A DNA stretch of 35,602 nucleotides from a virus (taxonomy: Duplodnaviria; Caudoviricetes): positions 1 to 35,602 of IMG/VR virus record IMGVR_UViG_3300037313_001385. One strand, given 5' to 3'. Shown here piece by piece: positions 17,957-26,936 of the stretch; position 1 is the stretch's first letter, and each line of letters begins with the position of its first letter. Below the pieces are notes generated by a model, which had not been told where the DNA came from, searched no databases, and was given only the letters and a program-made list of their open reading frames with translations. Made by a program: the position numbers and the translations under genes.

Positions 17957-18487
17957 TCAGGGGTTGACAGGCTTTCCTGCCGCTTTTCCGCCGTTTAGAG
18001 CCTTGGCAATGCAGGTGAGGCCGCGCGAATAGCGGCTGCGCAGTCCTTCGGGGCCGGGTTTGCCCCGACCCAGCGCCTTCCAGATCACCAGCCACGGCAC
18101 GACCTTCGCCCCCTTGGCCAGTTTGATCAGCACAGCGATGACCAGACGGCGGTCGCTTTCAGGGACGAAGCGCAGCCATTCGCTCGCTTCGGCCATGCGC
18201 GCCATGTCGGCACGCGATAGCGGCAGCGGGGCAGGCTCGACCGCCTGCATGTCGGCCAGCATTTCCCAGCTGGCGAGGTCGCGGCGGGTGGCGAAGTATT
18301 GCCGCCACACCGAACTGATGCGCCCGCCCAGGGCGAAGCGCGCTTCGCTGTCGCTCGACCGCCACCAGTGGCGCATCGCCTCGACCATGCGGTCCTCGAC
18401 CATCTGCCACGACCACAGATCGTCCATTCCACCCTGCGGAAGGGACGCGGAAGCTTCGGTGCTTTGCGTTTGGCCCTGACTTTTCAT
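17957..18487 (-). CDS. DUF6362-like late-gene regulator (Q position)
   Basis: W....VEDRMVEA...W....PLSRADMARM.EA.EWL..V...DRRLV...PW..I...LG...LR.RY.RGL..IA..LN; lies between replication genes and cos. Confidence 0.7.
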   Translation of the reverse strand: MKSQGQTQSTEASASLPQGGMDDLWSWQMVEDRMVEAMRHWWRSSDSEARFALGGRISSVWRQYFATRRDLASWEMLADMQAVEPAPLPLSRADMARMAEASEWLRFVPESDRRLVIAVLIKLAKGAKVVPWLVIWKALGRGKPGPEGLRSRYSRGLTCIAKALNGGKAAGKPVNP

Positions 18488-18516
18488 GTTGTTTCAGTCC
18501 TTTAGCTATTCACCAT

Positions 18517-18680
18517 TGGAAGGGTGGAAGGATTGGAAGGATTATATGAACCATGATCGTGCGCCCGCCCGCCCATGCGCACCTGCGCCCGCACTTAAGT
18601 CACGGCGACCCTTCCAATCCTTCCAATGCCGCAGATTTCCGCGGTTTCTTCTTTCCGCAGACCATTCCGCAACCCTTCCA
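18517..18680. repeat. Iteron-like TGGAAGG repeats; putative replication origin
   Basis: TGGAAGG at 18517, 18525, 18534; CCTTCCA at 18610, 18619, 18674; perfect 16-bp inverted repeat 18525-18540 / 18610-18625; directly downstream of the helicase gene. Confidence 0.7.
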
Positions 18681-18690
18681 AACGGAAGTA

Positions 18691-20919
18691 TCAGAAGGGG
18701 ACAGGGTCATCATCATCGCTATGCAAGGGGGGTGCGGGGGTCGCGCTCGAGCCAGCGGCGGGCGCGTCGTCCGCCAAATCGCGCAGGACGTTGCCGTGCT
18801 GGTCGACGAAGTCGCTCGCGGTCTTCACCAGGCGGATGCCCAGCCAGTGCATCCCGTTCGACGCCTTGGATGCCAGCCCCTTGGCTTTGAGCGCCTGGCT
18901 GAAGCCCTTCTGACGCCACTCGGTTTCGCCGGCGGCCTTGGCCCAGGCGCAGAAGGTTTCATAGAGGATCGACGATTGCACCCGTGCTTCGGGGTCGGGC
19001 ACGGTGCAGAGCCGCAGGAACGACGATAAGGGGTCGCTGTCGTGCTTGTAGTCGGCCGACGCCAGCTGCACGCTTTCCGGCTCGACAAAGCCGTGATCAA
19101 GCCAGTCGATCAGGCCGCGGACCATCCAGGCCAGCGTGCCGGCGAATTCGTGGCGCAGCTTCTTCGGCAGGTCGCGATCGCGTTCGTGCGGTTCCAGGTG
19201 CTGTTCCCACGGCATGACCTTGACCCGACGCCAGATGCCCGCGGTGCCTTGCGGAATGTTTGGCAGGTCGTTGCACCATAGGGTGAACTTGAAGATCGGC
19301 GTGAAGCGGAAGAAGCTGCGGAAATTGTCGCGGGCCAGCATCGGGTCGCCGCCGGTCACGCTGTTGATCAGCGGTTCGTTGATCTTCGCGCCCTTGGGCG
19401 GCTCGCCGGCGGTGAGGAAGCGAACGCCAGGCAGTCGGACGATGTCGGGGGTCGCCGCGTCGCCGCGCTTCTTCGGGCCTTCATCCAGGAAGGTTTCGAC
19501 GTTGGTCGTGTCGCCATAGTCGCCGATCGCTTCGCGGCACTGGTTGCCGACCGTCGACTTGCCGTTGGCGGCAAGCGGGCCATACCAGATATGGAAAATC
19601 TGCTCGCCCATGTCGCCGGTCAGGTTGTAGCCCAGCCATTGCCGCAGGTAGCGCCGACGCGCCTTGTCGGGCTGCGCCCACTTGACCAGCTTCTGGAACA
19701 GCGGCGCGGCCGCATTCGGGTCATAGTCGCAGGCGGTGATCTTCGTCAGTCGATCGGCGCGGTCGTGCGGGTGAAGCTCGACCCGCGCTGGTTGCTCGCC
19801 ATCTGGCGGATAGATGCGCAGCGTGCCGTTCTGGCAGTTCAGCAGCATGGGGTCGGTGTCGAAGTCGGTGATCTCGACCGTCACCCAGCGCTTGGCCAGG
19901 TTGGCGATGCAGCCCAGGCGGCCCGATGCTTCGGACGTTAGCCCCCAGGCCGCCAATTTCGCCGACAGCCTGGTCGGGGTGCGACCTTGCCAGATCAGCT
20001 GGTCCATCCCGGCGGGGGTGCGGGGGTCGTCCATTTCCGAGTCAGCGAGTTCGGCCAGCTGCTTGGGCGTCAGGACTTCCCAGTCGGGCCAACCGGTGTT
20101 GCGAACGAAGTGTGCTTCGTCCTGGATGGCGCGAACGGTCGCGAACACGCTCGCCATGACTTCCGCCGGCGTCGTGTCTTTCTCCTGGTTCAGGACGCGA
20201 TAGCGGCGGCCGTCCCAGCCCAGCCAGCCCTTGGCCGTCGTGTAGAGATAATCGGCGCCGTAGCGGGCAAACCAGCGTTCAGCGTTGCCCATGTCGGTGC
20301 GTTCGAACTGGGCGCACTTCATGTCGAGCAGCGCCGGCTCCAGGTCGAATCCGCGCCTTTTGCCGATGTCGAACGATCGCCGGAAGTCGGCCAACTTGGC
20401 GTCGATGTCGGGATTCGGTTCCGGCTCGACTTCAGCCTTCACGCCTAAAAACACGACGTTGGTCGGGCCGCCGCCCAGCTTTTCGCGCAGTTTGGCTTCG
20501 ACGTCGTCCAGCGCGTCGTTGGCGACGTCTTCGTCTATCAGTTCGGCCGCCACGCGCCGCCCGACGTCCCATGCCCAGCGCCCGGCCTTGGCAGGCGATT
20601 CCGGCGCATATTCGGCGGTTCGGCGCAACCAGGCCGCCGCAACCGACCGCATCCGCCGCGCGTCCCTTTCCCCCAGTGATGAAACGGGCGCCTGGCTTCC
20701 ATTTGGAAGCATGTCGTCGTCGGTCAGGCCGGGGGGTGGCGGGGGGAACGCCTGATCGAAGCGCGACCGCCAGTCGGCGAGATAATGCGCCTTGGTTTCG
20801 GGGTCCTGGATGACGTTGGCGAGCGCGGCCAGGCGCTTCCACAGCCCGGCCTTGGCTTCGGGGGTCAGGGCCCCGGCCACGGTTGGCTGGGATGGGCCGG
20901 GCACGAAGGACTCGGTCAT
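18691..20919 (-). CDS. D5/P4-family SF3 helicase (P4-type primase C-terminal family) with N-terminal DnaG-like helical domain
   Basis: Start ATG 20919 (ATGA overlap). TDMGNAERW...GWL.WDGRRY (D5_N), LLNCQNG, YGPLAANGKST, TGGDPMLAR, GIWRRVKVMPW, C-terminal wHTH. Confidence 0.92.
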   Translation of the reverse strand: MTESFVPGPSQPTVAGALTPEAKAGLWKRLAALANVIQDPETKAHYLADWRSRFDQAFPPPPPGLTDDDMLPNGSQAPVSSLGERDARRMRSVAAAWLRRTAEYAPESPAKAGRWAWDVGRRVAAELIDEDVANDALDDVEAKLREKLGGGPTNVVFLGVKAEVEPEPNPDIDAKLADFRRSFDIGKRRGFDLEPALLDMKCAQFERTDMGNAERWFARYGADYLYTTAKGWLGWDGRRYRVLNQEKDTTPAEVMASVFATVRAIQDEAHFVRNTGWPDWEVLTPKQLAELADSEMDDPRTPAGMDQLIWQGRTPTRLSAKLAAWGLTSEASGRLGCIANLAKRWVTVEITDFDTDPMLLNCQNGTLRIYPPDGEQPARVELHPHDRADRLTKITACDYDPNAAAPLFQKLVKWAQPDKARRRYLRQWLGYNLTGDMGEQIFHIWYGPLAANGKSTVGNQCREAIGDYGDTTNVETFLDEGPKKRGDAATPDIVRLPGVRFLTAGEPPKGAKINEPLINSVTGGDPMLARDNFRSFFRFTPIFKFTLWCNDLPNIPQGTAGIWRRVKVMPWEQHLEPHERDRDLPKKLRHEFAGTLAWMVRGLIDWLDHGFVEPESVQLASADYKHDSDPLSSFLRLCTVPDPEARVQSSILYETFCAWAKAAGETEWRQKGFSQALKAKGLASKASNGMHWLGIRLVKTASDFVDQHGNVLRDLADDAPAAGSSATPAPPLHSDDDDPVPF

Positions 20920-22232
20920 GCGGCTTCGCTCGCGACGTCGGCGAACAGCCCGCCGTCGCCCTTCAGCCGGAATTCGGCCATCGCGACATAATGCGGATTG
21001 AGTTCGCAACCGATCGCGTTGCGGTGAAGTCGATCGGCGACCAGGCCGGTCGTGCCGGCACCGAAGAACGGGTCGAGGACGGTTCCGCCGGGGGGACAGC
21101 CCGCCAGGATGCACGGTTCGATCAGGTCGGGCGGGAAGGTCGCGAAGTGCGACAGCCAGGCGTCGTGGCGCCCGCAAGAGCAGATCACGCGCGTTTCGAC
21201 GGCCATGTCGCCGTCCATGATCTTTTCGCGGCGCAAGGCGCCGTGCGCCGCCCGGTCGAACGTCGTCCAGCAAGCCGTGCAATGCTCAAGGTCGAACGGC
21301 ACCGTGCCGACGGTCCAGACGCTGCGCTTGTTGCGTGTGGTTCCTTCCCAAGGCACCGAACCCGCTTGCGCCCCATGATGGCTGTCGGGCGCGTTCGGTC
21401 GCGGCTTCCTCGCCTTGTTGCCGCTGCCGCGACTGCGCGACGCCGGCCGGGCATCATGGTGCGCAGCGGTTCGGCCGACATCGAATTCACTGCCTGCATA
21501 GCCGCGGGTGGCTGGTTCGGCGATCGCAGCGGCGTCGAAATGATAGCGCGGCGACTTCGACAGCAGGAACAGATATTCATGTGCCTTCGTGCAGCGGTCC
21601 TCGACCGATTCCGGCATCGGGTTGGGCTTCGACCAGATCACGTCCTGGCGCAGGAACCAGCCATCGGCCTGCAGCGCGAAGGCGAGGCGCCAGGGAATGC
21701 CGATCAGGTCTTTGGGCTTGCACCCAAACCCTTCGACGCTCCCCGTGCGCGATGCGCGACGATGCGCAGCCTTCACCTGGTTGGCTGACAGCGCCGACAC
21801 GTTCGGGGCATGCTTGCCGGCATGTTCGCGGCCCTGCGCTCCCCAGCTGCCCGCATAGCTGTCGCCGATGTTCAGCCACAGCACGCCATCGCCGCGCAGG
21901 ACGCGCCGCACTTCGCGGAACACCTCGACCATCGCCGCCACGAATTCATCGGGTGTTGGCTCCAGGCCAAGCTGGCGATCGACCCGAACCGCGCCGCACT
22001 GGCCGCAGGTTTCAGCATAGATTTCGCGCGACTGATAATGGCCGCCGTCGATCGTGCTGGCACCGCGCTTCAGGCGGACGTGCCGGCAATCGGGGTCGCC
22101 CCCTTCCCATGCCCCGGTGCCATAGTCGCGCAGTCCGAAATAGGGCGGGGACGTGACGCAGCAATGCACGCTGCCGTCGGGCAGTTCGGCAAGCCGTTCG
22201 CGGCAATCGCCCTGAAGGATGCGCACCGTCAT
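20916..22232 (-). CDS. N4/N6 DNA methyltransferase (beta class, TSPPY)
   Basis: GDC, VTSPPY, IWSKPNPMPESVEDR, HFATFPP.L, VLDPFFGAGTTG, G.ELNP.Y. Confidence 0.95.
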   Translation of the reverse strand: MTVRILQGDCRERLAELPDGSVHCCVTSPPYFGLRDYGTGAWEGGDPDCRHVRLKRGASTIDGGHYQSREIYAETCGQCGAVRVDRQLGLEPTPDEFVAAMVEVFREVRRVLRGDGVLWLNIGDSYAGSWGAQGREHAGKHAPNVSALSANQVKAAHRRASRTGSVEGFGCKPKDLIGIPWRLAFALQADGWFLRQDVIWSKPNPMPESVEDRCTKAHEYLFLLSKSPRYHFDAAAIAEPATRGYAGSEFDVGRTAAHHDARPASRSRGSGNKARKPRPNAPDSHHGAQAGSVPWEGTTRNKRSVWTVGTVPFDLEHCTACWTTFDRAAHGALRREKIMDGDMAVETRVICSCGRHDAWLSHFATFPPDLIEPCILAGCPPGGTVLDPFFGAGTTGLVADRLHRNAIGCELNPHYVAMAEFRLKGDGGLFADVASEAA

Positions 22233-23350
22233 GCGGCCGCCAACAAGGTGTCGAACAGCCAGTCGGACAACGGCCTAGCGTCAGCGATCACGGCCTCGAC
22301 CGCATCGCGGCCGCCCGACCGCGCCAGGCTGTCGGGGTCTTCGCCGTCGGGCAGTTGCGCGATCGCCAGCGACTTGCCCGGCCCGACGTGGGGCATCGCC
22401 CGTTCGGCCGCGCGCAGCGCCGCCTTGCGGCCCGCAGCATCGCCGTCGAACAGCAGCACTGGGCAGTTGGCGACCCGCCAGGCGCGTTCTAGTTGCTTTT
22501 CGGTGACCGCGGTGCCCATCGGCGCGACTGTCTCGCCGATGCCAATTGCGTCCAGCCCGATGACGTCGAACTGCCCTTCGACGATGATCAGGCGCCGCGC
22601 CTGGCGCGCCGCCGGCGCCGCGCGGTGCAGATTGAACAGCAGGTCGCCCTTGTCGAAGTGCGGACTGTCGGGGCTGTTGATATATTTGGCGACGTCGCTG
22701 CCGGCGTTGCCGTGCAGCCGCCCCGCGAACCCGACCGCGCGGCCGCGCGCGTCGTGGATTGGAATCATCACCCGGCTGCGGAACCGGTCGCGGAACGCAC
22801 CCGACCGTTCGTCTTTGACCAGCAGCCCCGCCTGCTCGAGCATTTCAGGCTCGACGCCGCAGGCGGCGACCCCGCGCTTCGGCGGCGCGAAGCCCAGGTC
22901 GAACTTGTCGATCGCCAAGGTTCCGACCCCGCGATCGGCGAGCGCGGCCAGCACCTGGGCATCGGCCAGCAGCTGCTGGTGATACCAGGCTGCGGCCTGG
23001 TCCAGGACCGACGCCGCGCTGGCGATGCTATCGTCGCGTTGCTGCGCCTGGGGGCTGGGGGCGGGGAGGTCGATGCCGGCAGCGGCGGCCAGTTCCTTCA
23101 CCGCGTCAATGAAGCCCATGCCCTGGCCGTCGGTCAGCCAGCGGATGGCGTCGCCGTGCGCGCCGCAGCCGAAGCAATGATAGAAGCCCTTGTCGTCGCT
23201 GACGGTGAAGCTGGGCGTCTTTTCGTGGTGGAACGGGCAGCACCCCTTCGCCTCGCCGCCCTTGCGGGTCAGTTTGACCTGTTTGCCGATCAGCGCCGAC
23301 AGCGTCGTGCGCGACCGCAGCTGGTCGAGGAATTCGACTGATAACGCCAC
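22229..23350 (-). CDS. dnaG: DnaG-type primase (CHC2 zinc finger + Toprim), lacking its C-terminal domains
   Basis: Start GTG 23350. CPFHHEKTPSF...YHCFGCG, DRFRSRVMIPI, KYINSP, VEGQFDVI, APMGTA, FDGDAAG, DPD. Confidence 0.93.
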   Translation of the reverse strand: MALSVEFLDQLRSRTTLSALIGKQVKLTRKGGEAKGCCPFHHEKTPSFTVSDDKGFYHCFGCGAHGDAIRWLTDGQGMGFIDAVKELAAAAGIDLPAPSPQAQQRDDSIASAASVLDQAAAWYHQQLLADAQVLAALADRGVGTLAIDKFDLGFAPPKRGVAACGVEPEMLEQAGLLVKDERSGAFRDRFRSRVMIPIHDARGRAVGFAGRLHGNAGSDVAKYINSPDSPHFDKGDLLFNLHRAAPAARQARRLIIVEGQFDVIGLDAIGIGETVAPMGTAVTEKQLERAWRVANCPVLLFDGDAAGRKAALRAAERAMPHVGPGKSLAIAQLPDGEDPDSLARSGGRDAVEAVIADARPLSDWLFDTLLAAA

Positions 23351-23367
23351 TGGCCCCCCGGTTCCGG

Positions 23368-24474
23368 CTAGACGCGCATCGGCATCAGCACGACAAGCAT
23401 CCGGCCATCGGCCTCGCACTCAATCCGGCATGGCGCGGCGGGACCGTCCATTGCCATCGTCACCGTGCGCCCGACGAACGGCTTTAGGGAATCGACCAGA
23501 TATTCGTGACGAAACCCGACTTCTTCGGGCGGCTCGCCGATCAGTTCGCGGTCCAGGCGCGCGTGAATTTCAGCGCCCGCCTCGAGGCCCTTGGCAGCGA
23601 TCGTCGCGTCCTTCGGGCGAATGACGCAGGCGTGGCTGTGTTTCCCCAGCAGGCGTGCTGCCAACGTCGCCGGGCGGACGATTTCGTGCGCCAGCAACCG
23701 CATGCCGCCGGCGGCGGTTTGGGGAATGACCCGGCCATAATCGGGGAACACGCCATCGATCAGGCGGGTGGTCAGCGTCACCGCTCCGACCGTGAACCTG
23801 GCCTTCAGCGCTCCGATTTCGACCTTCACCGAAGCGGCATTGGACAACGCCAGCGCCGCCAGCAGGACATGGACGGCCTTTCGGGGGACGATGCCGTCGG
23901 GCATCTGCTCGACCGGCGATGCGCGCACCGCCCGGTGCAGGCGGTGCCCGTCGGTCGCCGCAATCCGCAGCTGACCGTCGACGACGTGGAAGAGGATGCC
24001 GTTGAGATAATAGCGGGTTTCTTCGGTCGACATGCCGATCGCGACGTCGGTCAGGTCGGCAGCCAGGTCGGCCCGCGGCAGTTCGAACGCCACTTCGGGG
24101 GCGAATGGGGCCGGTTCGGGCAGATCGTCCTTGCATGGCGTCAGGCGCACCGCGGGATTCTCGCCGACGCGAACAAAACGCCCTTTGGCGTCGCCCCCGA
24201 CGGTAAGCGACCCGTCGGTGTCTTTGACGGCGACGGCAAGCGGGCGCTGTTGCAGCAGAATGCCATCTGCTGGCAGGCCCAGCCGGTAACCGTCGATGAC
24301 AACGGCCGCGTGCAGGTCAAGGTCGGTCGCCTCGATCAGCCCGGGCGCCTTCAGCCGGACGCAGGACAGCACCGGTATCGTGTTGCGCCGCTCGACCACC
24401 ATCCCGGTCAGCTTCAATGCATCTTTGATCGCCAGGCCGGTCACAGTCGGCGGCGGGTCGCTTCGTGCCATCAT
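23368..24474 (-). CDS. dnaN: DNA polymerase III beta subunit (sliding clamp) homologue
   Basis: VERRNTIPVLS, ATDLD, MSTEETRYYLNGI, ATDGHRL, IVPRKAV, LIDG.FPDY.RVIP, VLMPMRV. Confidence 0.93.
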   Translation of the reverse strand: MMARSDPPPTVTGLAIKDALKLTGMVVERRNTIPVLSCVRLKAPGLIEATDLDLHAAVVIDGYRLGLPADGILLQQRPLAVAVKDTDGSLTVGGDAKGRFVRVGENPAVRLTPCKDDLPEPAPFAPEVAFELPRADLAADLTDVAIGMSTEETRYYLNGILFHVVDGQLRIAATDGHRLHRAVRASPVEQMPDGIVPRKAVHVLLAALALSNAASVKVEIGALKARFTVGAVTLTTRLIDGVFPDYGRVIPQTAAGGMRLLAHEIVRPATLAARLLGKHSHACVIRPKDATIAAKGLEAGAEIHARLDRELIGEPPEEVGFRHEYLVDSLKPFVGRTVTMAMDGPAAPCRIECEADGRMLVVLMPMRV

Positions 24475-25058
24475 AGGTCACCTGCCTTCAGCGCGTCGAT
24501 CACGACCGCCCAAAGGCGTTCGGGGGGCAGTTGGAACCGGTCAAATTCCTGATGGAAGCGATGACCGCGTTCGATCAGCGTCGATGCATGCACGCGACCT
24601 TCGGCCAGCTTTTCCATGACCGTGACCACGACCCCACTGTTCGGGGTTTCGTGGTATTGCAGCATCGGCATTTCATAGGATTCGCCGGGGCCATAAGTTT
24701 CATCGGGCAGTGGATCGACCCGGGCGCCGTCGGCAACGAATGACAGCCGTCCGCCTTCAGGCCCGCGCGGCCCGTCGTGTGACACCCGATCATGCGTTCC
24801 GGCATCAAGCTGCAAGCCTGACAGCACGTTGTAACGCCGATTCACCTGGTGTCCGACCAGCACGGTTGATCGGAAGCTGAAGCGATGGTTGTGAATCGCG
24901 GACCATGCATAGCAGTCGCGCCGCGGCAAATCAGGGTGCCAGACGTGCATCCGCATGGTCGGCAGCTTGATCTGGATGAAGCCCAGCCCGTGCAGACTGA
25001 TCTGTTCCTTCGTCGGTGTGAAGTCACGCTGCAGCGTGACAAAGCTGTCGTCCATCAC
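24471..25058 (-). CDS. Hypothetical protein with cupin-like HxH...H motif
   Basis: RMHVW...IHNHRFSFRSTVLVG...GESYEMP...YHET; translationally coupled on both sides. Confidence 0.65.
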   Translation of the reverse strand: MMDDSFVTLQRDFTPTKEQISLHGLGFIQIKLPTMRMHVWHPDLPRRDCYAWSAIHNHRFSFRSTVLVGHQVNRRYNVLSGLQLDAGTHDRVSHDGPRGPEGGRLSFVADGARVDPLPDETYGPGESYEMPMLQYHETPNSGVVVTVMEKLAEGRVHASTLIERGHRFHQEFDRFQLPPERLWAVVIDALKAGDL

Positions 25059-25318
25059 GCATCCCCCCTGACTTCGCGCAGCTGCGCCAGCCGGATGCCG
25101 TTACGGTCGACATCGACCCGGTCGCGGATTTGCTGTTCGATGTCGGCGATCGCCGCGTCGATCCGGGCCATCAATTCAAGCGCCTGAATGCCGGGCGGCG
25201 GCGCCGGCACCCTCGCCAGAAGCCGGCCGAGCGCCGGGAACCGGTTCACCAGCAGCGGCAGGCCGACCGTCGTCGCCGCGGCGCCTGCGACCAGCCCAAT
25301 CAGAAAACCCAACATCAT
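25055..25318 (-). CDS. Small membrane-anchored hypothetical protein
   Basis: Hydrophobic N-terminus plus coiled-coil; 4-nt overlaps with neighbours. Confidence 0.6.
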   Translation of the reverse strand: MMLGFLIGLVAGAAATTVGLPLLVNRFPALGRLLARVPAPPPGIQALELMARIDAAIADIEQQIRDRVDVDRNGIRLAQLREVRGDA

Positions 25319-25770
25319 TGCCCCCTTTCGTCAGCAGTGGCCCGCTCGAGGCGGTCGAACGCCGCCCAGCACAGCGCCGCGGCGCGCAGCAGGCGCTTCT
25401 TCGCAGCGTCCAGGTTGCGGTCGCGCCCCGTGACCCCGATCGCCGCGCGGGCGAGGCCGACCATGTCCTGCGCGCCCTTCGCCAGCAGCGTGATCGGCAG
25501 CATGTCGTCGCTGTCGGGCGTGTGCCCATGCTTGGCGATTTGCTCGACCCGCATGCGCACCGTCCCGCGCAGCGCTTCACCGGTCACCGCGGCGACCAGC
25601 ATGTCGGCTTGGCCGACCGGTGCATCGGGCTGGTTCAGCGCCTGGGTCGCCGCATCAGCGGCCAGCGCCTGCAGCCCAGGTTCGCCTTGTGCAAAGACGC
25701 CGGGCCGCGTTTCGACGCGCACCGGCGGCGGTTGGATGGGCTGGTCCGCCCCATTCGAATGTCCCCTCAT
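25315..25770 (-). CDS. Hypothetical phage protein (helical; R.EQI.KHG.TP..DD ... RLLRAAAL..A..DRL type)
   Basis: Coupled ORF in the operon; motif resembles a common phage early-protein type (from memory). Confidence 0.6.
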   Translation of the reverse strand: MRGHSNGADQPIQPPPVRVETRPGVFAQGEPGLQALAADAATQALNQPDAPVGQADMLVAAVTGEALRGTVRMRVEQIAKHGHTPDSDDMLPITLLAKGAQDMVGLARAAIGVTGRDRNLDAAKKRLLRAAALCWAAFDRLERATADERGQ

Positions 25771-26936
25771 ATCCGTTCCTTTCCAGTCAGTTCGCGCATC
25801 GCGGTCGGGTTGACCTTCCAGGCGAGCGCGGTCAGGTCGTCGGGCGTCAGCTGCCGCCGCTTTCCGGTGTCGGGGTCGGTCTGGCCGCTGACGAAGAACC
25901 GGCCCTTGCGACCGCCGTCGACCGAAGCGTCGAACACGACGCGCCCGCGCTTGCGCAGCGCCAGCTTGGCCTGCTCGATCGGGTCGCTGCGGCGCTGGTC
26001 GGCTTCGCGCTGGCGCCGAAGCGCGCCGATTGCCGCCGTGATGCTGTTGTTGCGCCCGGCGAGCGCATCGGGGTTCACGTCCAGGATGCGCTGCGCTTCG
26101 GCGGTTTCCCGCTTGCGCTGGGCGGTGAACGCCCGCGCGACTGCAACATCGGGCTGCGCCGGCGCCGGGCGCGCCCTGCCGCGCACTGCGCCCTTGGGTT
26201 TCTTGACCCAGTCATCCAGCACCGGCCCGGCCAGCACGGCGTCGACCCTGGCGACGCGCGCCGGAGTCGGCAGGCAGTCGCCGCGGCGAAACCGCGCCAG
26301 GCACGTCGCACCCATGCCCATCGCCGCCAGCACCCGCACCTGCGCAAGGTTCGGGTGCGCGGCCAGGAAGGCGTCGATCTTCGCCGCCAGGACGACGCCC
26401 AATGGGTGCGCAAGCGGCGCGGGCTGCTCAACAGCCGGCGCTGCCGCCAGCCACGCTTCGACCTTGGCCAGGGTCGGTTTGCGCACCGGGTCGGGGTGAT
26501 GCACGAAATGATAGGCGCGGCCCTTGTGCCCGAACGCCGCGAGGCTGACCGCGGTCAGCGTCATTCCGCGCCTGGCCGCTTCGCGCTTCAGCAGGTCGAA
26601 CAGTTGCGGCCCGGTCAGCCCGGGTGGCAGAATGCCGCCCGCCGGCGGCGTGCAATCGCCGGCGGGCGGCTCGCCGTCAGTCGGCGGCGATGGGGGATTC
26701 GGTTCGGTCTGGCGGGGCGGGCGCAACGTCCCCGCGTCCAGTCGGCCTTCGGTGATCAGCGTTTCGATCGCGGCGATGACCTGCGCCTGGGTGAGGTCGA
26801 GGCTGCGCGCCATGTCGCCGATGCGCAGCTTGTCGCCGGCCGGCACCTTGGCGACCTGGCGCAGCACCGCGCCCAGCCACAGCCGTTCGTCGAACCGCCC
26901 GGGCTGGTCCGCCGCGATTGGAGCGACCGCGTTCAT
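25767..26936 (-). CDS. Multi-HTH hypothetical DNA-binding protein
   Basis: N-terminal wHTH-like segment (IGDMARSLDLTQAQVIAAIETL..EGRL) and two Cro-like HTH-like segments; 4-nt overlaps. Confidence 0.6.
   Translation of the reverse strand: MNAVAPIAADQPGRFDERLWLGAVLRQVAKVPAGDKLRIGDMARSLDLTQAQVIAAIETLITEGRLDAGTLRPPRQTEPNPPSPPTDGEPPAGDCTPPAGGILPPGLTGPQLFDLLKREAARRGMTLTAVSLAAFGHKGRAYHFVHHPDPVRKPTLAKVEAWLAAAPAVEQPAPLAHPLGVVLAAKIDAFLAAHPNLAQVRVLAAMGMGATCLARFRRGDCLPTPARVARVDAVLAGPVLDDWVKKPKGAVRGRARPAPAQPDVAVARAFTAQRKRETAEAQRILDVNPDALAGRNNSITAAIGALRRQREADQRRSDPIEQAKLALRKRGRVVFDASVDGGRKGRFFVSGQTDPDTGKRRQLTPDDLTALAWKVNPTAMRELTGKERI

Noticed and set aside
17813-18095. Short ORFs 17813..17998 (+) and 17817..18095 (-)
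   Set aside because: Overlap the DUF6362-like gene and probable late-promoter region; no convincing RBS or motif.
22229-24474. dnaG and dnaN as host chromosomal genes marking a prophage boundary
   Set aside because: Both are embedded in the coupled phage operon, dnaG is truncated, and host neighbours (rpoD, dnaA, recF) are absent.
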